Below the pieces are notes generated by a model. It saw nothing but the letters and a program-made list of their open reading frames with translations, ran no database searches and was not told the origin of the DNA. The position numbers and the translations under genes were made by a program. This document shows, piece after piece, positions 50,243-60,701 of a DNA stretch of 64,000 bases (position 1 is its first letter; each line of letters begins with the position of its first letter). This stretch comes from an uncultured Chitinophagales bacterium (lineage in GTDB: Bacteria; Bacteroidota; Bacteroidia; Chitinophagales; CAZNGA01). The stretch is from positions 9,591 through 73,590 of the forward strand of contig CAZNGA010000003.1 in NCBI GenBank assembly GCA_964572485.1, read 5' to 3'.

Positions 50243-52936
50243 TTAATGTGGCATGAAGACGATCTTTCTTGTTGTTTTATGATCCCCTGCTAAAAGGGAC
50301 ACAAAATAGATCCCCCTGGCTATAAAAGGTTCAGGCTGCCAAGTGATCATATGAAATCCAGCACCTTTGGTAAATGGTGTAAAATCCTTAACTAACCTTC
50401 CTGAGATATCGTAGATCTGAATACCAATCTCTCTCTCCTCATGAAGTGCAATTTCAAAGGTTACACCATTTGAAAAGCTTGGATTTGGATATATGCTAAC
50501 CGCCAAAGAAGAAGGTAATACCTCCGGGTCCGGCTCAAAATAACCTAACGAATCGATACTTGATGTCTTCCACAATCCACCGGAAACACTACCAGCCCAT
50601 ACCGTATTGCCTGTAGCATCATTTGGGTCAACCATAATAGTACGGGTTCTGCCTCCAATATTTGAAGGGCCTCTTTCTTCCCAAATGATACTATTATCAC
50701 TCTGAATCCTACCTACATACAAACCCCTTCCATGTGTTGCTGCAAGTATTGAGTGATCTGACTTTCTTATCCTCAACATATCTGTCCTTACATAAGCCAA
50801 GCCCTGATTTGCAGGCAGCCAGATAGTACTATCACCATCCAAATTATTAGTATAGAATACGCCTATCTCTGTGGCAATATAACATACCCCGGCCTTTAAG
50901 GGATGGAGCAGTGCCCATCTAACCGGAATATCAGGCAGATCACCCTCTACAGAATGCCAGGTAGGTGATGGATCTGCCGCATCCTTACTCTCAAATATCG
51001 ACGGGGCTCCGTAGTTTGAGTATACCACAATTACGTGCCCTCCATCTTGCGGATCAACATAAATGCACGATGCGAAAAAATCCGGCTCTCCCATATTAGC
51101 TTGAGGAAGCCTGTCTGCAGGATCTGTATTTTCAGGTCTGTAGGATGATGTTGTCAAATGGGCATCAACTACTCTAAATACTTTTCCGGATGAGCTTTGT
51201 CGTCCAAAGTATAATATATTTGCAGGATTTTGACTAATCCCTATCGCTGATACCGTTCCCCATGCTTTTGTAGCCTGTTCCCAATCGGAATCATCAGCTG
51301 CTGAAGCATTCTTGAGACGCCATATCCCATTATTACTTGCCTGGTAGATTATATCTGGATCAATCGGATCCATTTCCATGGGATTGATAAATAATGTATT
51401 TCCTCCACTGCTGCTTGAGCCACCCTTCAAATACGGATTTGTGATCGCATCATATCCACCTGATCCTCCATTTACAAACCTATACATCCGTAAATATTGT
51501 GTTGTGGTATACATGATATTACCGTCGTTATAATTAATGGCACAAAAAGCGCCGTCAGCACCGGATAATTTTTGGAAATCACTTTTCCCAGAACTAATGG
51601 CTATTCCCGATCCATTATCCTGCGTCCCTCCAATCACAATGTGACTACCTGCATCAGGATGAATGGCCCCGGCATAATACTGTGTAACATTGTAGGTGGC
51701 ATTTCGATTTGTGATCATAGGTGTGTCATCTCTAAAGTTGCTGCATTTCCATATACCACCATCATTACCAAAAAAGACGGTATCTGAATTCAAAAAAGTG
51801 ACCTCATGTTGATCCACATGCACATACCCCGCTGAATCGGATTTACTATGAGTGATCTTTCGCCAATTAATGCCCCCATCTATACTTCTCCAAAAATGCA
51901 ACCCACCAGCCACCAGAACATCTTCGTTGTTCGGATCCACCTTCAAGATCAGATCATACCACCCCTGCTTTTTTGAGAATTTGGTACTATCACCCCCTGG
52001 AATATTTACCTTGAACCATGTACTTCCTTTATCCTCGGTTTTGTAAAATCCCATGATATAATAATTCTGAGACACATCACTTATTGCAGTGGCATAAGCC
52101 ACATTTTCATTGGAAGGCGCTGTGGCAAGTTCAATCCGATAAATATTATTGGCCGGGAATCCGTTGGTTTGTTCAACCCATGTACCTGTATCCCCAGTTG
52201 CTGAGAAGTAAATCCCATCGGTATTAAACATACCTATGGTTGCAAAGATCTCTCCAGATGCAGTATATTCTATGTCTGCTATCCGATCATGTACAGCTCC
52301 ATTTCCCGCTCCCAGAACCTGCTCCCATGTGAGGCCATTATCCTTTGAACGCATTAGCCCACCATCCCTTGTTGCCACATAGATATCACCTGTTGTTGGG
52401 TGTACAAACATATCCTGACACTGAAAGAAAATGCTACTGTCTGTAGCAGGAAGCTGGCTCCAAGTATCACCTCCATCCGCCGACTTCCACACACCGGCCC
52501 CTCTCACAGCATCTGCATTGAACCACCCTTCTCCAGTACAGAAATAGAAATTATTGGTATTATTCGGATCATAAACTAGCCGGGTAATACTTAAGGATGG
52601 GAAAAAATCATTGATGGTTGACCATCTTATATCCTTTTTCATGGGAGATGAATGACCGCTTAATGTTAATTTACCAGCAGCTTCCAATTTCTTTAGCGCT
52701 TTATAAACTGCTCCCTTGGGTGCTTCACCTGTATAAGGGTTGGCTACTCTGTCCAATTCAAACTGAGCTAATTCACCAGGATACTCAGCAATTGGCCTAT
52801 CTGCTTCCTGACCAATTATATTGCTCAATGGCCTATCATATAGAAATAATGCCAATAATAGGAATATGGCGACCATTAAAGATATGTTTATTAGGGTTCC
52901 TGTTCTCACGCTGCTTGATTTCAATCTAAGTAGCAA
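50243..52936 (-). CDS. BNR/Asp-box beta-propeller protein (sortilin/VPS10- or GH74-like) with type-A T9SS CTD
   Basis: Asp-boxes SADGGDTWSQ, SKDNGLTWEQ, TEDKGSTWFK and SIDGGINWRK. CTD SIYPNPSFSNGVTFEI...GIYFVSL...RKIVF. Confidence 0.85.
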   Translation of the reverse strand: MLLRLKSSSVRTGTLINISLMVAIFLLLALFLYDRPLSNIIGQEADRPIAEYPGELAQFELDRVANPYTGEAPKGAVYKALKKLEAAGKLTLSGHSSPMKKDIRWSTINDFFPSLSITRLVYDPNNTNNFYFCTGEGWFNADAVRGAGVWKSADGGDTWSQLPATDSSIFFQCQDMFVHPTTGDIYVATRDGGLMRSKDNGLTWEQVLGAGNGAVHDRIADIEYTASGEIFATIGMFNTDGIYFSATGDTGTWVEQTNGFPANNIYRIELATAPSNENVAYATAISDVSQNYYIMGFYKTEDKGSTWFKVNIPGGDSTKFSKKQGWYDLILKVDPNNEDVLVAGGLHFWRSIDGGINWRKITHSKSDSAGYVHVDQHEVTFLNSDTVFFGNDGGIWKCSNFRDDTPMITNRNATYNVTQYYAGAIHPDAGSHIVIGGTQDNGSGIAISSGKSDFQKLSGADGAFCAINYNDGNIMYTTTQYLRMYRFVNGGSGGYDAITNPYLKGGSSSSGGNTLFINPMEMDPIDPDIIYQASNNGIWRLKNASAADDSDWEQATKAWGTVSAIGISQNPANILYFGRQSSSGKVFRVVDAHLTTSSYRPENTDPADRLPQANMGEPDFFASCIYVDPQDGGHVIVVYSNYGAPSIFESKDAADPSPTWHSVEGDLPDIPVRWALLHPLKAGVCYIATEIGVFYTNNLDGDSTIWLPANQGLAYVRTDMLRIRKSDHSILAATHGRGLYVGRIQSDNSIIWEERGPSNIGGRTRTIMVDPNDATGNTVWAGSVSGGLWKTSSIDSLGYFEPDPEVLPSSLAVSIYPNPSFSNGVTFEIALHEEREIGIQIYDISGRLVKDFTPFTKGAGFHMITWQPEPFIARGIYFVSLLAGDHKTTRKIVFMPH

Positions 52937-53042
52937 TAAAGATACAAAATCAACCGAAATACCAGGTGATCAGGTCTAAGACAAGAAAAAATGTCGTGAA
53001 GATCGTAAAAGCCAATAATTTATGGCTCTGGATTAGAGAGGA

Positions 53043-53285
53043 TCAGAAGTGGTTATAACAATTGACGATCCCTTTTCCAATTCTATAGAAAATATTGGCA
53101 ACGAAATATATAGGGGCCAGGATGATAGCCAATCCATCGATAATCCTGAATCCAATTCTAAAAATTAAGTATGCCATCATAGTAATTACTTTACGGAAAT
53201 TTTGGAGAGAAGTTACTACAAATATTAGCAGAATCTTACATGCAAATTCCGATATACCTATAGTATTTATAGTGCAAAATTCCAT
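53043..53285 (-). CDS. possible small two-TM membrane protein (uncertain)
   Basis: The 80-aa ORF has two hydrophobic segments, but a competing 67-aa plus-strand ORF overlaps it. No family motif. Confidence 0.25.
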   Translation of the reverse strand: MEFCTINTIGISEFACKILLIFVVTSLQNFRKVITMMAYLIFRIGFRIIDGLAIILAPIYFVANIFYRIGKGIVNCYNHF

Positions 53286-53432
53286 AATTGATAGTTAACA
53301 TGTAATAGGAAGAAATGCCCATTTTTCTTACGTAGATATACGTATCCCACAGAAAATTATGTGTGAATTGTGTTGCGTGAGAGTCATTTACAACAACAAC
53401 AGAAAGGCAAAACAGGAGTGATCAAAGAGACC

Positions 53433-53861
53433 TCAAGAGCGTGTAATTTTAGCCTTGAATCCATCAGGCAAAGGAACTATTTTCTTTTTTTTATGGTCAT
53501 AAGAAGCGATTCCGGTCTTAGCTTCAGCGATCACTTCGGTTGAATTTTTCAGCGAAAGGCGGTAGTAAATTACAAAACTTGTATTGCTGAAGTCATCAAC
53601 AGCGATTTCAACTTTAAGGATATCACCATGGAATCCTTCTGATCTGTAGCTTATTGCCGCATCAATCATCATTGTTCCACAACCTCCAATATCCATCTCA
53701 CTGAAGCCGTTTTCCTTATAAAAATTGACCCTTGCATCATGCATGAGGGATAGTACGGCATCATTCCCTAAATGACCGCCATAATTAATATCGCTGATCC
53801 TCAAAGAAGTTTCAGTAACATAGTCCACGGTCTCCGGGAAGTGCACCTTTACCCTTGTCAT
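53433..53861 (-). CDS. hotdog-fold acyl-CoA thioesterase (4HBT/YbgC-like)
   Basis: 142 aa. The DINYGGHLGNDAVLSLMHDARVNFY pattern is typical of the 4HBT family. Its start overlaps the stop of the upstream cupredoxin gene (TAATG). Confidence 0.7.
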   Translation of the reverse strand: MTRVKVHFPETVDYVTETSLRISDINYGGHLGNDAVLSLMHDARVNFYKENGFSEMDIGGCGTMMIDAAISYRSEGFHGDILKVEIAVDDFSNTSFVIYYRLSLKNSTEVIAEAKTGIASYDHKKKKIVPLPDGFKAKITRS

Positions 53862-54514
53862 TATTTTTTGATTATTTTCTTTTTTGAAAAATAGAGGTTG
53901 TTTCTCCTATCATATACCTGCATAATATAAATTCCACAGGAAAGCTCTCCAAGGTTGAATCGTTCCATAAACACATTTCCTGATACATTTCTGCGGGTTA
54001 AAAATATCCTTTTTCCTGATATATTTGTTAATTCAATATCAAGTTCCATATCACTTTGTCCATCGATCCTAATGACAATATAGTCTATTACCGGATTAGG
54101 AAACAAATCATACTCAATGGTTGAATTACCACCTGGTCCTTTTGATAACTGATTTTCTCCTGTCGAAACCATTTGAGCAGTAAATGCACCTACCATACCC
54201 ATTCCAAAATGTGGTGTGCATTTGTAATTATATACCCCTGTATCGGTGACAACATACTCATAGGAAACATGCATACTTGTGATCATTTCGTCCCATAATG
54301 CAGCAGAATCTGGGATGGTCAAAGAGGTAGTCGTATGGGATCCTGACATCCATTCCCATCTAACGGTATCACCGACATTGACATTGACATTTGCCGGAGA
54401 AAAGGCAAAATTAGATACCTGAATTGCTACTACAGTTGATTTTGCGCTTTGTGTTGCCATCACTAAAACTACTGAGAGCAAAATTACAAAGAATGCGATG
54501 TTAAAATTTTTCAT
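53861..54514 (-). CDS. blue-copper (plastocyanin/pseudoazurin-like cupredoxin) protein with type-A T9SS CTD
   Basis: Signal peptide. GDTVRWEWMSGSHTT and YKCTPHFGMGMVG supply the type-1 copper ligands (His...Cys-x-x-His-x4-Met). CTD LFPNPVIDYIVIRI...GIYIMQV. Confidence 0.8.
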   Translation of the reverse strand: MKNFNIAFFVILLSVVLVMATQSAKSTVVAIQVSNFAFSPANVNVNVGDTVRWEWMSGSHTTTSLTIPDSAALWDEMITSMHVSYEYVVTDTGVYNYKCTPHFGMGMVGAFTAQMVSTGENQLSKGPGGNSTIEYDLFPNPVIDYIVIRIDGQSDMELDIELTNISGKRIFLTRRNVSGNVFMERFNLGELSCGIYIMQVYDRRNNLYFSKKKIIKK

Positions 54515-54626
54515 ATGCTTAAATTGTTGGTTATAGAAATTAGGTTAATATCCTATGTCAACAGATAATTCTTGCAGAAAGTTCAGGAGATACAACAACC
54601 AACATTTAATGATTCCTGAAAATTAC

Positions 54627-55664
54627 TTATCCCAACTTATATCTTGCATCCGGCACCACATTTTGGTCGGTGAACTCATTTTTTAGGTATTTATAATACC
54701 CTGTAACCGACACCATCGCAGCATTATCAGTGCAAAACTCATTTTTCGGAATATAAGTATTCCAATTCATTTCATCACCCGTTTCAGCTAATGCCAACCT
54801 CAATGCTGAATTGGCTGACACCCCGCCGGCAATTGCGATCTCTTGAATTCCTGTCTGTTCAGTTGCAAGGATCAACTTATTCATTAGAATGGTTGTGATC
54901 CTCTTCTGAACTGAGGCACAAATATCAGCGAGATTTGTTTTAATGAAGTCAGGATCTTCTTTCTCCTTATCCTGCAGAAAATAGAGTATGGCCGTTTTTA
55001 AACCACTAAAGCTGAAATTCAGCTCGGGGATCCTGGGCTCAGGGAAATTGAATCTTTCAGGATCACCCTCCTGTGCATATTTGTCGATCAATGGGCCACC
55101 CGGATAAACCAATCCCAATAGTTTTGCTGTTTTATCAAATGCTTCACCTGCAGCATCATCAAGTGTTTCGCCAATTATCTCTAACTTAAGATGGTCGCTC
55201 ACCTTAATAATTTGTGTATGCCCCCCTGAAACGGTGAGACAAAGAAATGGGAATTGAGGGTAGCCATCATTATGGTCATCATTTTTTCTTGACCCATTTT
55301 CAATAAAATGCGCCATCACATGTGCATGGATATGATGTACCTCTAAAATAGGGATATTCAATCCCATAGCAAAGGATTTAGCAAATACAGACCCCACCAG
55401 CAATGGGCCTATCAACCCGGGGCCTTTCGTGAAGGCAACTGCCTGAATGTCCTCTTTATTTATTCCTGCCGCTTTCATCGTCTCATGTACCACCGGTATG
55501 ATATTCTCATGATGAGCCCTGGCAGCAAGTTCAGGGACTACACCACCATATGCCTCATGAATTTCTTGTCCTGCGACTATATTGGCAAGGATTTTGGTGT
55601 TACTTGAAATAGCAGCGGCAGTATCATCACATGATGATTCAATACCTAAAATAATAGTGTCCAT
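54627..55664 (-). CDS. tsaD: tRNA N6-adenosine threonylcarbamoyltransferase
   Basis: GIESSCDDTAAA, VHHIHAHV and AGGVSAN motifs. 345 aa. Confidence 0.95.
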   Translation of the reverse strand: MDTIILGIESSCDDTAAAISSNTKILANIVAGQEIHEAYGGVVPELAARAHHENIIPVVHETMKAAGINKEDIQAVAFTKGPGLIGPLLVGSVFAKSFAMGLNIPILEVHHIHAHVMAHFIENGSRKNDDHNDGYPQFPFLCLTVSGGHTQIIKVSDHLKLEIIGETLDDAAGEAFDKTAKLLGLVYPGGPLIDKYAQEGDPERFNFPEPRIPELNFSFSGLKTAILYFLQDKEKEDPDFIKTNLADICASVQKRITTILMNKLILATEQTGIQEIAIAGGVSANSALRLALAETGDEMNWNTYIPKNEFCTDNAAMVSVTGYYKYLKNEFTDQNVVPDARYKLG

Positions 55665-55836
55665 AACTTTTTACACTGTGAAACGTTAATGGATAGTGGT
55701 ATTTTTGAATTTTGGCGATTTACTAACTTATGATCATTGGGTTGTGATAAAAACTAGTAATTATTTACAACCCTTTATCTGATTACCTTTGATTACTCAA
55801 ACAAAATTACCTTAATTTTGAGGTAATTCAAAATTG

Positions 55837-58800
55837 ATGAACTTAGTTAAACTCAGGCGTAAACTCGTTAAGACCTTTCTTTATTTGATTGGAGGTATCT
55901 TATGCTTACTCCTATGTGGTTATATCATACTGCTTCAACCCTCTGTTCAAACCAAGATCGTAAAACAGGTGGCATCTCATCTGTCAGAACAGTTGGATGC
56001 CAAGATCACCTTGTCAGGTGTTAAGATCGATTTTATCAAAACACTTGTTCTGGAAAACCTATGCATTGCAGATCCGGCACAAGACACCCTCCTATTCGCA
56101 AAAAAGCTAAAAGCAAATATTGCTTCTTTAGATATTAGGAATCGGAAGGTAAGTTTGAATTTCTTTGGCCTCGAGGATGCTTACATCAATCTGAACAAAA
56201 AAAGCGGGGAGGATCAATTCAACTTCAAGTTCCTTATTGCTGCACTCTCCGGTGGAAAGAACCCGATAAAATTCAACATAAAAAAAGTAGGCCTCCAACA
56301 AATCAAGTTCCGTCTCAATAATGAAGCAAGGTCATTGGAGCTATCTATTGACCTCGAACGTCTCAATATCAACCTTGACAAATTTATTCCCAGCGAAAAA
56401 ACCATCATTGCTGACCTTATCGATATCAACCAAGCAAAAGTTGTGATCAACAAGCCAAAATATGTCCCACGAAAAATTTCAGATAAGGCAAAAGCAATTA
56501 CCGATGGTACCTTCATGAATAAGAAATGGGAATTTGGGGTTCATCAATTGAATATTGCCACCTCCTCTTTTGAATTCGACAATTACAAAACCCATAAAGG
56601 GGAAGGCTATATTGACTTCAACCATCTTGACATCCCTTTGATCGACCTCATTATAACGGAAGCAGTATTTAATCAAGATACCATTATGGGGTCCATAGAT
56701 CAGCTTGCTTTTACAGAAAAGGGTGGATTTAAGGTGAACAACGTAACAACAAAGGGAAGGATCACCACCAATGAGGTACGGGCTGATGATCTCAAGATAG
56801 AAACCTCTGAAAGTCATATTGAAAGGGTATTTAGCATGCAATACGACTCTTTCAAAGATTTCAAAAATTTCACCAGCCAGGTCACATTATTCCTGGAATT
56901 TAATAACTCGCATATCTCTCTTGGTGATATGGCTCATTTTGTGCCAGCTTTGGATAAGCATTCAGAGGATATAAGATTGGATGGTATTGTTCGTGGCAAA
57001 ATAAGTAAATTAAAAGGGAAAGACCTTACCATTAAGGCCGGGGAATACACTTTTTATAAAGGGAACATAAACCTCAGTGGCCTCCCACAGATAAAGGAAA
57101 CTTATATTGACCTGAAAGCTGATCAGGCAACAACTTCAGCCAGGGAACTGGCGAGTTTGATCCCAGGGATAAAAGTGACTGACCAAATGTTGAAACTTGG
57201 ACATGTATCATTCACAGGTCGCTTTACAGGATTTGTCAATGATTTTGTGGCTAATGGGATCATTTCCTCTGCTTTAGGGGAATTTTCATCAGATATAAAT
57301 CTAAAATTAGCCGAAAATCCTGTTGAAAGTTTCTTTTCAGGGAGACTATCCGCTAAAAGATTTGAGCTTGGCACCATGCTGAATATGGAACATATCCTCG
57401 GGACGATCAGTTTTGATGCCAAGGTATATGGTAACGGTTTTGACATTAATACCATTACCGCTAAACTCAATGCCAACATACAGCAAATTGATTTTAAGAG
57501 CTACAACTATAAGAACATCCTAATGGATGGCCAACTACAACAGAAGCTCTTTGCAGGAAACCTTTTTGTCAATGATGACAACCTATTTCTTGATTTCCAG
57601 GGTACGGTGGATTTCAATGGTACAAAACCCCTATTCGACTTTACTTCCCATATTAAGAATGGAAATTTAAAGGAATTGAATTTAGCCAATGAGCCCTACA
57701 CCTTAAACGCTGATTTCTACTTTAACCTTCAGGGAAGTCATGTGGATAGTATTGAAGGAACATTTGCTGTAGCTAATTATGAGATAGAAAATAAGGGGAG
57801 CAAGTATGCTTTAGATACTTTGTCAATTTCCTCATCTTTGGTAAACCAAAAAAGAGAGATAATTATCAATTCAGAGATCGTAGAAGCTAAGATCCTTGGC
57901 AATCTGCAGTTGAGTAAGTTGCCCACAACTATCAGCTCTTATATAAGCAATTACTTCCCTTACATGTTTACATTGGGAACCCCTTCAGAGACAACTACAC
58001 CTGATGACTTCACCTTTCAGGTCAAGGTTTTGAATACAAAGAATCTGACTAACTTCTTCTTACCAGAATTGAGCAACTTCAATAATGCCCAGATCAGTGG
58101 TGATTTCAACAGTGGTCAGCAAAAATTACGGCTGGCACTGAGCATTCCCGGCTTAATGTACAAAAAGACCGATTTCAGAGCTCTATCCTTCACGGTTGAG
58201 TCAAACGAAGAGAGTTTAGAGATCATTGCAAAGATCGACAATATTGCAATGAGCGATAGCATGGAAACCTCTGACAATTCATTCTCCGCATCAATCAATA
58301 AAGACAGCATAACGATGCATTTAATTTCAGGGGCTGATTCATCGGTAAATCGTTTTGATATTTTTGCATTTATACAAAACACAAAAGATGTGGTCAATTT
58401 ATCAGTATTGGCTAACGAGATAATATTGAATAATAAGAATTGGGACTTGCCGGATGACAATAATATCAAACTGACCAAAGATCAGATCATTTGCAAGAAT
58501 TTCAAATTAACACACAAGAATCAGATACTTTCTTTGGAGAGCAAAGTTCTTAGCGACACTACATCTCAACTGTTGTGCAATTTCAAGAATTTAGACATCT
58601 ACGATTTCACCCAATTGATCCGATTTTCAAAGCACAAATACAGCGGGCTGCTAAATGGTGTGGCAACCATAAAAAATCCAAAGACAAATCCGGGCATATG
58701 GGCTAACGGGCGTTTAACTGATCTAGCCATTAATGGTGATACTATTGGGAACCTGTTTGTAGATGTAGAGACAAATGATGATAATAAAACCATTGATATC

Positions 58801-60534
58801 AGTGCCAACCTTGGCGACCTCTTAAAGAATATCAACATTGCCGGCTCCTATCATCTTAACCAGCCGGATAGCAGTTTAGCATTTAGGATGAGGGTTAAAA
58901 AACTCAACCTCAGTGTGTTTCAAGAATTCTTGCATCCTGTATTCTCAAATATCCATGGAACCGTAACCAGCAATCTTAAATTGACAGGAAGTTTAAAGGC
59001 TCCTGTATTATCTGGCAAGGCAGTTATCACTGATGGAGGCACAACAGTCAATTACCTAAAAACCCACTATACCATTCCAAAAGCTACTGTTATATTTAAA
59101 GAGAACAAGATCGTGTTACGCAATTTAATGCTCTATGATTCATTAGAGAATGTGGCAATTGCCAATGGTGCATTTCTCCATCAATATTTCAAAAAAGTGT
59201 CGTTGGATGTAGCAGTAAATACCGACAATCTGCTGATGCTGAATACTACAGAGGATGACAACAAGATCTATTATGGAACCGCATTCGGCAAAGGGTTGAT
59301 CAATTTTAACGGCCTCTTGAAGAATTTAGATATTGACATGAAATTAATGACTTTGAAAGGGACCAAGATCATCACCCCAATGCTTGACGAAACGAGTGTC
59401 ACCAAAAATTCCTTTGTGAAATTTGTGAACAGCTCAAAACAAGTATCCACCTCTCAGCCTTACAACGTAAATCTGAAGGGATTGAAGGTCAATATTGATT
59501 TGGAAATTACACCTGACGCTCACGGGCAGATCATAATAGACCCGGATGCCGGAGATGCTATCAGAGTAAATGGTTATGGCAACATCAAGATGTCCATAAG
59601 TACCCTTGGTGAGTTCAAGATGTATGGTACTTTTGAGATCGCCCACGGGGATTACATCTTCACCTTTTACAATAAGCTGATCAACAAGCAATTTGACATT
59701 GAGAAGGGAGGTACAATTACCTGGTCAGGAGACCCATATGAAGCGATCATCAATGTCAATGCACTTTATAAGGTAAGAGCCTCCAGCTATGATCTGATAA
59801 AGAGTATTAGTGAAATGACCGAAGAAGATAAGCTGATCTATAAGAAGAGAACACCATTTCACGTAAAACTGCTCCTGACAAATTCATTATTTTCTCCTGA
59901 CATAGATTTTGACATACTGGATGTTACTTCACTCAGTGATCATGTACATAGGAAACTATTGGAGATCAAACAAGATAAGAATGAATTGAATAAACAGGTA
60001 TTTGGATTACTGGTATTGAATAGGTTCATCCCTACAGAAATTCCAGGAGAGCAGGTGTGGAGATCAGGAGTAAATACAAGCGTGAGTGAGTTCATTTCAG
60101 CCCAACTCAGCCATTGGGCCTCTCAGCTCAGCGAAGATGTAGAATTAAATGTGGCTTATTATGGAAAAACTGAATCAGGGGTTCAGGCCGAGGAGAATCC
60201 GGATCTCTTTAAAAGAAGAGAACTGCAATTAGCCCTCACCAAACGCTTTTTTGATGACCGGGTTTCTGTGGATATTGGCGGAAATTTTAATCTCGCCAAT
60301 GATTATGCAAAAGAAGCACAAAATGATGCCAGTAACATTGCCGGTGATTTCAATATTGAATACAAGATCACACCATCCGGTAACCTGAGGGTAAAGGTTT
60401 TCAGAAAGAGCGATTTTGACATTATCCTTGAACGCAACAAAAGCAGGACTGGCGTAGGCATCTTCTACCGCAGGGAGTTCGATAAACTCAAGGAATTATG
60501 GGAAGGTAAAAAGGGGACAAAGAAATCTTCCTGA
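55837..60534 (+). CDS. tamB: translocation and assembly module protein TamB-like (DUF490 C-terminus)
   Basis: About 1565 aa with a single N-terminal TM anchor and a long beta-rich body. Divergent from tsaD, as is common in Bacteroidota. The ATG at 55837 is preferred over the TTG at 55834. Confidence 0.75.
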   Translation: MNLVKLRRKLVKTFLYLIGGILCLLLCGYIILLQPSVQTKIVKQVASHLSEQLDAKITLSGVKIDFIKTLVLENLCIADPAQDTLLFAKKLKANIASLDIRNRKVSLNFFGLEDAYINLNKKSGEDQFNFKFLIAALSGGKNPIKFNIKKVGLQQIKFRLNNEARSLELSIDLERLNINLDKFIPSEKTIIADLIDINQAKVVINKPKYVPRKISDKAKAITDGTFMNKKWEFGVHQLNIATSSFEFDNYKTHKGEGYIDFNHLDIPLIDLIITEAVFNQDTIMGSIDQLAFTEKGGFKVNNVTTKGRITTNEVRADDLKIETSESHIERVFSMQYDSFKDFKNFTSQVTLFLEFNNSHISLGDMAHFVPALDKHSEDIRLDGIVRGKISKLKGKDLTIKAGEYTFYKGNINLSGLPQIKETYIDLKADQATTSARELASLIPGIKVTDQMLKLGHVSFTGRFTGFVNDFVANGIISSALGEFSSDINLKLAENPVESFFSGRLSAKRFELGTMLNMEHILGTISFDAKVYGNGFDINTITAKLNANIQQIDFKSYNYKNILMDGQLQQKLFAGNLFVNDDNLFLDFQGTVDFNGTKPLFDFTSHIKNGNLKELNLANEPYTLNADFYFNLQGSHVDSIEGTFAVANYEIENKGSKYALDTLSISSSLVNQKREIIINSEIVEAKILGNLQLSKLPTTISSYISNYFPYMFTLGTPSETTTPDDFTFQVKVLNTKNLTNFFLPELSNFNNAQISGDFNSGQQKLRLALSIPGLMYKKTDFRALSFTVESNEESLEIIAKIDNIAMSDSMETSDNSFSASINKDSITMHLISGADSSVNRFDIFAFIQNTKDVVNLSVLANEIILNNKNWDLPDDNNIKLTKDQIICKNFKLTHKNQILSLESKVLSDTTSQLLCNFKNLDIYDFTQLIRFSKHKYSGLLNGVATIKNPKTNPGIWANGRLTDLAINGDTIGNLFVDVETNDDNKTIDISANLGDLLKNINIAGSYHLNQPDSSLAFRMRVKKLNLSVFQEFLHPVFSNIHGTVTSNLKLTGSLKAPVLSGKAVITDGGTTVNYLKTHYTIPKATVIFKENKIVLRNLMLYDSLENVAIANGAFLHQYFKKVSLDVAVNTDNLLMLNTTEDDNKIYYGTAFGKGLINFNGLLKNLDIDMKLMTLKGTKIITPMLDETSVTKNSFVKFVNSSKQVSTSQPYNVNLKGLKVNIDLEITPDAHGQIIIDPDAGDAIRVNGYGNIKMSISTLGEFKMYGTFEIAHGDYIFTFYNKLINKQFDIEKGGTITWSGDPYEAIINVNALYKVRASSYDLIKSISEMTEEDKLIYKKRTPFHVKLLLTNSLFSPDIDFDILDVTSLSDHVHRKLLEIKQDKNELNKQVFGLLVLNRFIPTEIPGEQVWRSGVNTSVSEFISAQLSHWASQLSEDVELNVAYYGKTESGVQAEENPDLFKRRELQLALTKRFFDDRVSVDIGGNFNLANDYAKEAQNDASNIAGDFNIEYKITPSGNLRVKVFRKSDFDIILERNKSRTGVGIFYRREFDKLKELWEGKKGTKKSS

Positions 60535-60550
60535 TAATGTATGAATAAAA

Positions 60551-60586
60551 CTTCTCCTCTCTCCTTCCTCTTCTTTTCCTTTTTTC
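60551..60586. repeat. 36-nt pure polypyrimidine (CT) tract
   Basis: CTTCTCCTCTCTCCTTCCTCTTCTTTTCCTTTTTTC, just downstream of the tamB stop. Confidence 0.7.
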
Positions 60587-60701
60587 ATATTGTTTGGAAA
60601 ATCTACAACCATTGCTATCCCACTTTGGTACCAGCATATGGAGTTGATAAATTCGAGATGGATATATTTTGTAGGTTTGCACATCATCAAGGTATTTCAC
60701 T

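Noticed and set aside
53095-53298. A 67-aa plus-strand ORF overlapping the 80-aa minus-strand ORF.
   Set aside because: Neither ORF has a recognisable motif. The minus-strand ORF at least has two clear hydrophobic helices and the orientation of its neighbours. The plus-strand ORF is rejected and the minus-strand one is kept only at low confidence.
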